Below are positions 52,301 to 64,000 of a stretch of 64,000 nucleotides of DNA, piece by piece; the stretch's first letter is position 1, and each line of letters begins with the position of its first letter. The notes under the pieces were generated by a model. That model did not search any database. It saw nothing but the letters and a program-made list of their open reading frames with translations, and had not been told where the DNA came from. The DNA is from Mobula hypostoma. Its lineage: Eukaryota. The stretch lies in assembly GCF_963921235.1 (NCBI RefSeq), contig NC_086109.1, positions 15,068,001 to 15,132,000 of the forward strand, read 5' to 3'. Position numbers and translations under genes: made by a program.

Positions 52301-54200
52301 AATGTCAAGATTTTTACTCCTCCTGTATATGTGAAGGATGTAAGAAGTAGTCAATTCAGTTCAATTCTTTGAAGATGTCCTGGATGCTGTGGAGGCAAGA
52401 GCCCATGATGGAGCGGACTGAGTTGCAGTGGGGTGGTGGGGCCAGTTAGAATGCTCTCCACAGTACATCCGTAGAAATGTGTGAGTGTCTTTGGTGACAT
52501 ACCACATCTCCTCAAACTCCTAATGAAATATAGCTGCTGTCATGCCTCCTTTGCTCTGTTCTGCCCATGTTTCAACAAGCAATGAGACCATATATAGTTG
52601 TCTACCAGCCATAATACAAATTCATTTTCAGTCTAAAGTGTGGTACCAGGAGAATGAACAATTAGTCTCCTATTTAACTTCAGAGACTTCATGGGACAAA
52701 AACCGCCGAGTTTAAAGCTCAGCTTTATTTGTCACACGTGGATTGAACCATACAGTGAAGTGCATCATTTGTGTCGACGACCAACTCTATGCGAGGATGT
52801 GCTTGATGTTGCCATGCTTCTGGTGCCAACATAGCATGTCCACAACTTGCTGACCCTAATCTTTGGAATGCGGCACATGTCCCAGGTCTTCATGGGGAGG
52901 ACGGACAAATTTCTGGCAGACAGCGGTGGGAATTGAACCCCAATCTTACAGTTGGAACTGTAAATTGTTACGCTAACCACCATCCTACCTTGCTGCACCA
53001 TGGTCTTCATTATTAACTTGGTGACTTAAACAGAATTAAAATGCTTTTATGGGCAGATTTTTAACATTTCCAGATGTGTTGGGTTTCTGGTGAAACTGAA
53101 CCCGTTATTCATTCTACCTCTGAGGAGGAGGGTAAAGAAACTGACATTGGCACTCAATGCTCTAGGAACAGCTTCCACTCTGCCATTAGAATTTTGAATT
53201 GTCTATGAGCACTACCTCGCGCTTCCTCTTTGCTCTTATTTATTTCTCTTAACTAGCAATTTTGTACTGTACTGCTGCCACAACACAACAAATTTCATGA
53301 TGTATGTCAGTGATGATAAGCATGATTCTGATTCTGACGTTGACAGATGCTTTTATCGGTTACTTGAAAAGAAACCAAAAACTGGAAAACAAACCAAAAC
53401 TTTCTAAGATGAGAATGGGAGTTGTCACTGTGTGACACGCTTCCAAGTTGATAAAAGTATGTTTGATCCTTTATTATGAAACCCGCAAAGATGAAGAATC
53501 TTGTAGTTTTAAAGCTAATGAAGATAAATTAGTAGTGTAATGAAATAAATGAGCATTCAAATCAGCATAATTAAGCAAACATTGTAAATAAGCAGAACTA
53601 ACTAACTTGGACAAAGCATGACTATCTGGCTATACTCATTTCCTTCTACTACGCCTAACCCACATGACAAATTATCCATAATAAACACCCAACACAAAAC
53701 ATAATACAAGCAGACAGAAAATAGATAATATGGCTCCAACCTCTCTCGAGATGTTAAAGAAACTGGGCCTGAACACTCAAGTTTAGTAAAGCATGTATAA
53801 AATTCTTGTGCTTGATGTAGTCGATGCATGTAACCAGAATTCATAATACAAAATTCCTTTACTCATGTTGGTCCATAATCTCTTCACCCAAATGTTAGTG
53901 AAAACTTGAGTGCTGTACTGAAGGTGCGTGGAATGCACTGCCTGAGTCAGTGGTAGAGGCAGATACACTAGTGAAATTTAAGAGACTACTAGACAGGTAT
54001 ATGGAGGAATTTAAGATGGGGGGTTTTATGGGAGGCAGGGTTTAAGGGTCGGCACAACATTGTGGGCTGAAGGGCCTGTACTGTACTGTTCTGTGTTCTA
54101 TAACTTGATCTGACTGTATATCAAGAGATCACTAGATCTTTGAAGAGTTCTCTAGCTTTGATTTCATCATTAAATAGTAGAAATATATTTTTATTTGTAG

Positions 54201-54260
54201 GCATCTTTTTTGACGAAGAAGTTGAATATCAGTGGGAAGCGAGTGACTCTTGCGATATGG
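54201..54260 (+). CDS. RAB21: Rab21-type GTPase, exon 2 (ASFLTKKLNISGKRVTLAIW)
   Basis: tttgtag / TGG|gtgagt; 60 nt phase 0-0; not in the ORF track. Confidence 0.95.
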
Positions 54261-56017
54261 GTGAGTAAGTATTTGTCGTGTTTTTGGGGAGAGAATGGTG
54301 TTCGTAACTTCAGGACAGCACCGTAGTATAATAGAGACACAAGAGACCGCAGATGCTGGAATACGGAGCAATGGACAGTCTTCTGGAGGAATTCAGCAGG
54401 TCAAGCAGCATCTTTGGGTGGAAGGAAATTGTCAGTGTTTCAGGATTGTTTCTGGGCATCACTGTTGGAAGTAAGACCATAAGACAAAGGAGCAGAAGTC
54501 GGCCATTCGGCTCATCAAGTCTGCTCCGCCATTTTATCATGAGCTGATCCATTCTCCTATCTAGTCCCACTCCCCCGCCTTCTCACCATAAGCTTTGATG
54601 CCCTGGCTACTCAGATACCTATCAATCTCTGCCTTAAATGCATCCAATGACTTGGCCTCCACTGCTGCCCGTGGCAACAAATTCCATAGATTCACCACCC
54701 TCTGACTAAAAAAATTTCTTCGCATTCCTGTTCTGAATGGGCGCCCTTCAATCCTTAAGTCATGCCCTCTCGTACTAGACTCCCCCATCATGGGAAACGA
54801 CTTTGCCACATCCACTCTGTCCATGCCTTTCAACATTTGAAATGTTTCTATGAGGTCCCCCCTCATTCTTCTAGACTCCAAGGAATACAGTCCAAGAGCG
54901 GACAAACGTTCCTCATATGTTAACCCTCTCATTCCCGGAATCATTCTAGTGAATCTTCTCTGTGCCATAGAACATCTACGTCTTTCCATGTATTTAGTAC
55001 TGTTTCACTAGATTCTCTGCCCATAGTTGTTAAAGAATTAAAATCATGGGTTTCATATCCATTGGACTGTTCAGGCTGAAATCCTGCATCAGGACTTTTG
55101 TTATGGGGATCACTTTTGGAACCCCGTAGAACACCCGTGGCTTTCTGATGTTTTCAGAGCTGTTCTACTAGCTTCTGTATCTTCTGTCACAGAATTACAA
55201 TGGTTAAAAACATGGGTTTCTTATCCATTAGGCTATTTGAAACACATTTGATTCTAACTCTTTGTAGAGCAGTAATGAGATGTGTTTGAAACATCATAAA
55301 CCTTTAGGTTAAACCTGTTGATCTGAGTAAAATTAAATAAGTTTCTAAGGAAACAACCTTTTGGTTAAGAAAGTGACTGAAACAAAATACAAGAGCCTTT
55401 CCAAGTGTAAAAGGAGGTTTGTCTTTGAACTGATAGTGTTCAAGGTAAATTTATTATCAAACTACATATGTCACCATGTATAACCTTGAGATTCATTTTC
55501 TTGCGGGTGTACTCAATAAATCCATAATAAAATAATGACCATGAAAGGATCAGCAAAAGACCGCACCAACTTGGGTGTTCAACCGGTGCAAAAGACACAA
55601 ACTGTGCAAATACAAAAAGGAAGAGAAAATAATCATAAATAAATAAGCAATAAATATTTGAGAACATGAGACGGGGTCTTTGAAAGTGAATCCATTGTTT
55701 GTGGGAACATTTCAATAATGAGGCAAGTGAAGTTGTTCCCTTTGGTGAAGATCCTGATGGTTGAGGGATCAGTACTGTTCCTGAACCTGCTGATGAATCC
55801 TCGGGCTCCTGCATCTTCCTGGTGGCAGCAGTGGGAAGAGCTACGGGGGGCAGCGAAGTGATTTGGTTTGCAGCAGCAAAATGTTCACTCTAGGCAACCA
55901 GTCAGGTATTTTAACTCTAAAATGGGGTGTATGCAGGAGGAAGTGAGACAAATTCTGTGCTTCAGGTTCAATAACTGAATAGGAGTGAGGTGACAGTTTC
56001 CTGATTTAAAAAAAAAT

Positions 56018-56173
56018 GCAACACTCACAACATGCTGGAGGAACTCAGCAGGTCGGGCAGCATCCATGGAAACGATGAGTCGATGTTTCCACGGATGCTG
56101 CCCGACCTGCTGAGTTCCTCCAGCGTGTTGTGAGTGTTGCTTTGACCCCAGCATCTGCAGATTATTTTGTGTT
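56018..56173. repeat. Penelope pseudo-LTR-derived fold-back (56 bp arms) in RAB21 intron 2
   Basis: 56018-56073 is the inverse of 56085-56140 with 2 mismatches; flanked by duplicated ttta(n)tgca. Confidence 0.9.
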
Positions 56174-59100
56174 TTTAAAAAAAAAATGCATTCGTTCAAG
56201 GAGGCCAAAGACATTCTTAAAACAGTGTTTTAAGAACAGTTGGTTGTACTGAGTTCCAAAACTCAAGTCAGTGAATGAAATGTGTACACACAAAATGCAT
56301 GAGCTGCTGAGTTCCTCTGGCATTTTGCAGGTGTGTGTTACTCTGGTTTTGCGGCATCAGCAGAATCTCTTGAGTGGGTGAATGAGATGTGGGTTTTCCC
56401 TTTTGCAGAAGAGAAAGCTTGTATCTCTGTTCAATCTGTCCACTAATTATGTCGCATAATTAGTGGTCAAGAATATCAGAAAAGGTTCCACTGTTTAATT
56501 GTGCTTCACACATTCCTTTCATGTGATCACAAGCAGCATTATGCAGAGGTAGTAAATTGGATTAGACGTTGGCTTTGCGGGAGAAGCCAGAGAGTGGTAG
56601 TAGAGGGCTGCCTCTCTGACTGGAGGCACATGACTAGTGGTGTGCCAGAGGGATCGGTGCTTTGTCCGCTGTTGTTTGCATTTATATCAGTGATCTGGAT
56701 GATAATGTGGTTAACTGGATCAGCAGATTTGTAGATGACACCAAGAGTGGGGGTGTCGTGGACAGTGAGGAAGGCTTGCAGAGGGATCTGCATCAGCTGG
56801 AAAATGAGCTGAAAAATGGCATATGGAATTTAATGCAGGCAAGTGTGAAGTGTTGCATTTCTGAAGGATTAACTCGGGTAGGCCTTACCCAATGAACATT
56901 AGGGCACTGAGACGTATGGTAGAACAAAAGGTTCTGGGAATATAGGTCCATATTTCATTGAAGGTGGTGTCATAGGTAGTTGAAGAAAAGTTTTGAGACA
57001 CTGGCCTCCATAAATCAATGTACTGAAGATGGGATGTTATGTTGAAGTTGTATAAGACATTGTTGAGGCCTAGTTTGGAGTATTGTATGCAGTTTTGGTC
57101 ACTCACCTACCTACAAGAAAGATGTAAACAAGGTTGAAAAAGTGTAGAGAAAATTTACAAGGATATTGCCGGGTCTGGGGGACCTGAGTTAGAAGGAAAG
57201 ATTGACTAGATTAGGACTGTATTCTTCAGACCAGAAGATTGAGAGGAGATTTGATAGAAGTATACAAAATTGGAGGATATAGATAAACTAAATGCAAGCT
57301 GACTTTTTTCACTGAAATTGGGGGGGACTACAACCAGAGGTCATGGGTTAAGGGTGAAAGGTGAGAAGTTTAAGGGGAACATGAGGGGAAACTGCTTCGC
57401 TCAGAAGGTTGTGAGAGTGTGGAATGAGCTGCCAGCACAAGTGGTGCATGTGAGCTTGAGTTCAACATCTGAGAAGTTTTGATAGCTATATGGATGGTAG
57501 GGATGTGGGGGGCTATGGTCTTGGTGTATGTCAATGGGGTTAGGTAGTTTAAGTGGTTTTGGCATGGACTAGATGGGCTGAAGGGCCTGTTTGTACTGTA
57601 CTTCTGACTAAAATGCGAGTGATTCAGAACATTGGTGTAAAATGAAACCCGGGAGTAAGATCAATAGCTATAATGGAGTTGTAACTGCATAGAACAAGCA
57701 CAAGAAAGTCTGCAGATGCTGGAAATCCAAAGCAGCATGCACAAAATGCTGGAGGAACTCAGCAGGTCAGGCAACATCTATGGAAATGAATAAATGTTGA
57801 AATCTCGGGCCAAGGCCTTTCTTCAACATTGAGAAGGAAGGGGGAAGATTCCAGAATAAAAGGTGGGGAGAGGGGAAGGAAGTCGGTTGGAAAGTTATAG
57901 GTGAAGCCAGGTGGATGGGGAAAGGTAAAGGGCTGGAGAAGAAGGAATCTGATCGGAGTGGAGAGTGGACCATAGGAGAAAGGGAAGGAGTGGGGAGCAC
58001 CAGGGCAAAGTAATGGGCAGGTGAGAAGAGGTAAAAGGTCAGAATGGAAAATGGAGGAAAAGTGGGTAATTTATTTTTTTATTGGAAGGAGAAGTTGATA
58101 TTCACGCCATTGGGTTGGAAGCTACGCAGATGGAATATAATGTGTTGTTCCTCAACCCTGAGGATGGTGTTATCATAGCATAAGAGGAGGCCATGGCCCG
58201 ATGTGTCAGAATGGGAATGGGCCTTTCAGCTTGCCTCCTCTTGCTTTAAATGTAGGCCCTCTAACATCAGACATTTTGACCCTGAAAGAAAGGTGCCAGT
58301 CATCTATCTGTCTTCCATAATCTTATAAACCTATCAGACCTCCCCTGAGCCTCTGTTGCTCCAGAGGAAACAACCTAGGTCTGTACAACTTCTCCTCGTG
58401 GCACATCCCCTCTAATCAAGCATTCTGGTAAACCTCTTCTGCACTCCTTCCAAAGCCTCAACATCCTTCCTATTATGAGGCGATCAGAGCTGAATGCAAT
58501 ACTCCAGATGTGGCTTAACCAGTTTTTTAGAAAGCTGCAACATAACTTCCTGACTCCTGAATTTAAAGGCTGAACTAACAAAGACAAGAATGCCATACAC
58601 TTATTTTACCTTTCTATCATGCTGCACACCCACTTTCGGGGAACTATGGACCTAGGCTCCAAGATCCCCCGGATGTCAAAAGAAACATTTACTGTTCATT
58701 TAAGAAAAATCATTTAATGAATCAGTATGGACAGGCCCTTCTGGCTCCAGCAAGCCGCAGAGCCCAGTAACCCAGTTAATTATCCCTAGCCTAATCACAG
58801 AACAATTTACAATGACCAATTAACCTAATAGCCGGTCCGTCTTTGGACCGTGGGAGGAAACACAAAATCCCCACAAATGCTTACGGAGATACGGGGATAA
58901 CTTCCATACTCCTTACAGATGGCGCCGGAATTAACTCTGAAATCCGCCCCAACATGCAGTAGCATCATGCTAACCATTACACTACCATGTCTACTGTTCT
59001 GTTATCTTCCCTCCACCACCAACACCCCCCCCACCCCCTGACCTTCCCTTCCGGAATCTAAGTGATTAAAATGGACCACACCAGGACCACCAGACACAGA

Positions 59101-60754
59101 AACGGTTACTGATCAACGGGCTGATCAACACCCCAATCCATTAACTCACCCCCACCCCCATGACTTTATCATTTCCTGCCAGTCACCTTGTGTACAGATG
59201 CTCCTGTACCAAGTGTCACTTTATGTGCATCCCATCAATCTCTGTACGTAAGCTAATCTTGTGTAATTATATTTATTTTTTGTGTTCTTTATGCTTATTG
59301 TGTTTTTTGTCCTGCATCTCATAACCAGAGTAGCAATCATTTCACTGTCTTTGACGCTCGTATATTGATGAATGACGAACAAACTTGAAAAATCAATTAT
59401 CTCTATCTTCCCCCACATGACAGCCTTTTGGGATAAATTGAGTTCCAGAATTTGCTTTCATCAGCAGTGACTCTACCTCAAGGTGAGTCAAGATAATGAG
59501 AAACAGTGGAAATGCATTTTAGTAATTAACAGGCTTTTTAAGATGTGTAGTCTATGCAGTTCACTTGCTGTTGCTTGTACCTTCCATTTGGATGACCCAA
59601 AGCAAGTAATTAGGTGGATAATTAGGTGATAAACCACCCATCTGAAGGTCCAGAGAAGTGGTCTTGTCACTCTGCTCGGACTTGATGACAGGGAGGTCTA
59701 CTGGAGTCTGACCTTCGCTGGGTTCCGAATCTCTGCACTTCATTATGCAGGAGGAAACAGCCCAGCCTTGCTGTTCATACTGAATACAGCATTGATGGTG
59801 GAGGAAGGGAAGCCCTTTTCTTGGAAGGAGGACATTTCCTTAGCTCTGGAATGAAAAGTCTCATCCTGAGAGCAGTTGCAGCGGAGACAGAGGAATTGAG
59901 AGAAGGAGATGGTATTTTTACAAGTTACAGGGTGGGAGAGGTATAGTCCAGGTAGCTGTGAGAGTCAGTGGGTTTATAAAAGACATCAGTAGATAAGCTG
60001 CCTCCAGAGGTAGACAGATTGAGAAAGTGGAGGGAGGTGTTGAAAATGGGCTAGGTAAATTTGAGGGCAGGATGGAAGCTAGAGGCAAAGTTGATGAGGT
60101 CTGCATGGGAGAAGGAAGCAGCACCAATGCAGTAGTCGATATAGCATAGGAAAGTGGGGGTCATCTACTGTATCTAGTAAACCTGATGTGGCCTCCTGTA
60201 TAACAGTGAGACCTGATGTAGATTGGGAGATCACTTTGCTGAGCTTGTACACTCCATCCACCAGAAAAAGTGGGATTTTCCAATGGTCACCCATTTTACT
60301 TTCATTTCTGGTATTGGCCCACTCTGTGCGCCCCCCTTCATTCCCATTTCCCCCTCTCGCTTTATCTTGTTACTTGCCCATTACCTTCCTCTGGTGCTCC
60401 TCCTCCTTTTCTTTCTCCTATCAGATTATCCCCTTCTCAAGCTCTGTATCTTTCTCATCAATCAACTTCCTACCTCCTTACTTCAGCCGTCCCCTCCCAG
60501 TTTCATCTATCACCTACTACCTTGTATTTCTCCCTCCTCTTCCTCCACCTTCGTACTCTGACCTCACCTTTTTTTTTCCCCCTCTCCAGTCCTGATGAAG
60601 GGTCTTGGCCCAAAACGTCGACTGTACTCTTTTTTTTTCCATAGATGCTGCCTGGCCTCTGAGTTCCTCCAACATTTTGAGTGTATTATTTGGTCTCACT
60701 GTTTTTTTGTCCTCGTACCAGAATTCATACCCGAAATGTTTTCTGTTTGTACAG

Positions 60755-60862
60755 GACACAGCTGGACAAGAACGGTTCCATGCTTTGGGCCCCATTTACT
60801 ACCGAGATTCTAATGGTGCTATATTAGTCTATGATATCACTGATGAAGACTCATTTCAGAAG
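60755..60862 (+). CDS. RAB21: Rab21-type GTPase, exon 3 ([36 protein letters not shown]); gene continues past window
   Basis: G3 DTAGQE + Rab21 [10 protein letters not shown]; gtacag / AAG|gtaagt. Confidence 0.97.
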
Positions 60863-63800
60863 GTAAGTTCTTTGTTTTAAGCTAGTTGTATCAATATTTG
60901 GTATCTAAAGGACCAACTCTAATCACTTTCCATATCTTCAATGTTATGAGCATTTCCTTTATAATATATACGAAATACGGGGTTTAAGATGATGCTGGTG
61001 AACCACAGCGACTTCTGACTGATGGCTAATGAACCATGGGAAGCAACTAAATACTATGTTAATCATTCTTTATTTGGTAAATGACTATTGCGAGCCTAAT
61101 CCTGTTACTTCCCTTTGGACTTGGAGACAGTTTGATGTGGCAGCGGGTCCATCGCACTGAGTGAGGAAGGCCCGAGGTTCGATCGGTTTAAGCACTGGGC
61201 CGAATCAAGGTGACTGAACCCGAGGTTTGGATGATGATTTAGGTGCTGGGCCAAACTGGAAAAGGTCAGGGTGGCGGGGTGGGTTGGTTCAGCTCAATAC
61301 TCCATGACGTTTACAAGATTCTGTGCTGAGCTAAGGGTCTGGGGATGGACTCTCTGTGGATTCCAGTGCAGAACGTTATTTGCTTCTGGTCATTGTTTGC
61401 ATGATTTGTGTTTACTTTTTTGCTCATTGGATGTTCGGTCTTTTTAATGGGCCCTTGTGGGTTCCTTTGCTTTGTGGTTGCCTGTTAGGAAATGAATCTC
61501 AAGGTTGTATAATGTATACGTACTGTACTTTGAACTTTGAGAAGGCAGGAGAGTGAAGTTGAGAGGAAAATGAACCAGCCAAGGTGGTGCAAACTCAATG
61601 GGCTAAATGGCTGAATTCTGTTCCTTTGCCTTCTGGTCTTATGAATCGCAACGTTCAGATATTCCATTACTGCCCCCACCATCCCCTCAAACTTTCTCAT
61701 GACAGTTGTGAAAGAGGACATTGTGATTTAGAAAATGTTAAACCAAATGTTAAATTTGGTTGTGGTCTTTTTCTCTCTCCCGCCCAAGATCCGCATGGGG
61801 CTTTTGACACTGGATCAGTTAAAACTGTCCAGATTTAAGATCTCTGATGTTGAATGAAGATGCAAGGATGTAGAGCAGCAGCATCCAAGGGAACAGGGAA
61901 TGGACGAGGGAGAAATTGGAAACTAGAGGGCACAGAGTAAAGTAATTTTAAAGCAGGAAGCTAGAGAATTCTTGTCTAAATGGTGGTGGCTGATGGATAG
62001 TGGAGATAACAATTCTGTAAGCACGTCAAAATTGCTTGCCAGTTATTGTACTACTTCTGCACATCAAGGTTTACAGAACAAGAGCTGTCTCAGGGAACAC
62101 ACACAAAATGCTGGAGGAGCTCAGCAGGCCAGGCAGCATCTTTGGAAAAGAGTTCAGTTGACGTTTTGTGCCTAGACCCTTCATCGTGACTGGAGAAAAA
62201 AAAAGATGAGTCACAGGAAGAAGGTGGGTGGGGGGAGGGGAGGACGAAACACAAAGTGATAGGTGAAACTTGGAGGGGGGGGTGAAGTAAAGAGCTGGGA
62301 AGTTATTGGTGAAAGGGATACAGGGCTGGTGAAGGGGAATCCTATAGGAGAGGACAGAAGGTCATGGAAGAATGAGAAGGAAGGAGCACCAGAGTGAGGT
62401 GATGGGCAGGTAAGGGGATAAGGTGAGAGTGGGGAAATGGGAATGGTGAAGCACATAATTCTCTAACTTCTGCCATCTCCTACGGGATTCCACCACCATG
62501 CACATCTTTCCCTCCCCCTGCACTTCCAGCTTTTCGCAGGGATTGCTACCTACACAACTCCCTTGTCTGTTCGTCCCTCCCCATTGATCTCCCTCCTGGC
62601 ACTTGTCCTTACAAGCAGAACAAGTGCTACATCTCCAGCATTTTGTGTGTGTTGCTTGGATTTCTAGCATCTGCAGGTTTTCTCTTGTTTGTGAGCTATC
62701 TTGGGGAATTGAGTTGGATCTTTGTCTGGCATAAAGGCTTTGGGCTGAATGGCCTCCCATTGTGCCATTGATTCAAAGTGGTGAATGGAGTTAGGCAAGA
62801 TCGAGTGGTTAGCTCCTCATGTATAAATTGTAGTGTAAATAAAAGTGTGTAGACCTATATCTCACATGGAACAGTAAGATGAGTAAGGAGGAGATTGAAA
62901 GGTATCTAATTAGTCAGGGTATCAAGGGATATGGGGGGGGGGAAGCTGGAAATTGGAACTAGATGGGAGAATAATTTAACTCATGGTGGAGTGGCGGAGC
63001 AGACTCGATGAGCCGAATGGCCTACTTCTCCTTTGTCTTGTGATCTTGTGATGAATGGTCCTTTACCCTGTAGTACAAGGGAAAACTTATTCCAGTGGGG
63101 GGGGGGGAATGTGATGCTCTTGCTAAGCATCAATTCTTTAATACTTGATCAAAGCACCAGTACTGAGTGCCATATTCACCTACTGCACAGGATTTTTGAG
63201 TTACTAAATCAAGTACTGAAGTGAACACTAGGCATTGACATTATCTTCAGCTCATGATGTGCAACTAAGCCCATGTGTTTCAGAGCTTTTCTGAATATCC
63301 ATCTCTTTACTTTGCAGTATCATATGAGATAGATGGTGGCTATTGGTGAGATTGTCAGTTACTAGAAAGCAATTTCTTCCAAAACCACCAAGGCTGCCTC
63401 CAAGAAAACCACAGCTTTGACATGGGGTTGGAGGTTTGTGTGCCTCAATGACCTGGAGAGCTATGTTTTCTGGAGTCAGGGCTTTCTGCTTTGGCTCTTG
63501 GTAGGGTCACCCATGCCATCATGGCAAAGAGTAGAAGCCAGACTAGGAGTGGTCCACCAGTCCTCCAGGTTTAGAGGTTCAGCTCAGGGCTAATGACCAT
63601 GACTGGTAAAACAAAATTTATTACGGAAGCAGCAGTGAAGAATCCTTCTACATCTGAGGGTGACAGTATTCCTGAGTCTCCACCCAGAACTTCCTTGACT
63701 GAGAGGAAGCTACTGACATGATGAAGGAAGCCCTGAACACCACCAGAGATGGAGGACCTTCATTGCTGCCCTAAATGCCAATGGCATAACAGGTAGTAGA

Positions 63801-64000
63801 GAAACCAAGGTCACCAGTAAAATATTATACAAGAAGTGAGTATCACCACTGGCCACCAAGAATAAGCAAACCCTGAGACTGACAAAAATGTTCACAGATC
63901 ACTAAATAAAAAATTTACCTTTGGAGCTGAGCTTTAGGGCAATAACAAAAGAATGTATAAAATCATATTTTTGAGTTGACTGAGTTTGCCAATTGGTCAT

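Noticed and set aside
1..64000. CRISPR array or prokaryotic/viral system
   Set aside because: No regularly spaced repeat-spacer array and no intronless gene cluster; all long ORFs are retroelement remnants.

Overview
Repeat-rich vertebrate genomic DNA. The repeat landscape (V-SINE/HE1-type SINEs, CR1/HER1-like, Rex1/Babar, Penelope-like, R4/Dong, RTE and small hAT MITEs) points to a cartilaginous fish, probably a ray (inference). Two spliced + strand genes were reconstructed by hand with consistent GT-AG phases. The first is the 3' 13 coding exons of an EPS8-family gene, most like EPS8L3 (2478-33522; central helical region, SH3, SAM/effector domain, stop codon); its PTB-encoding 5' exons lie before the window. 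The second is the first 3 exons of a RAB21-type GTPase (49261-60862, continuing past the window). Most interesting observations: (1) Penelope-like pseudo-LTRs carrying minimal hammerhead ribozyme motifs, many copies degraded by CpG decay at the catalytic G, plus short fold-back insertions with target-site duplications (TSDs); (2) a second hammerhead, of a different Penelope family, split by a young LINE insertion; (3) a candidate divergent spliced non-coding transcript from the RAB21 CpG island with an intronic H/ACA-like RNA; (4) tandem R4/Dong insertion into its own TAA tail; (5) RAB21 next to EPS8L3, possibly a retained paralogue. Repeat boundaries without a stated TSD are approximate.
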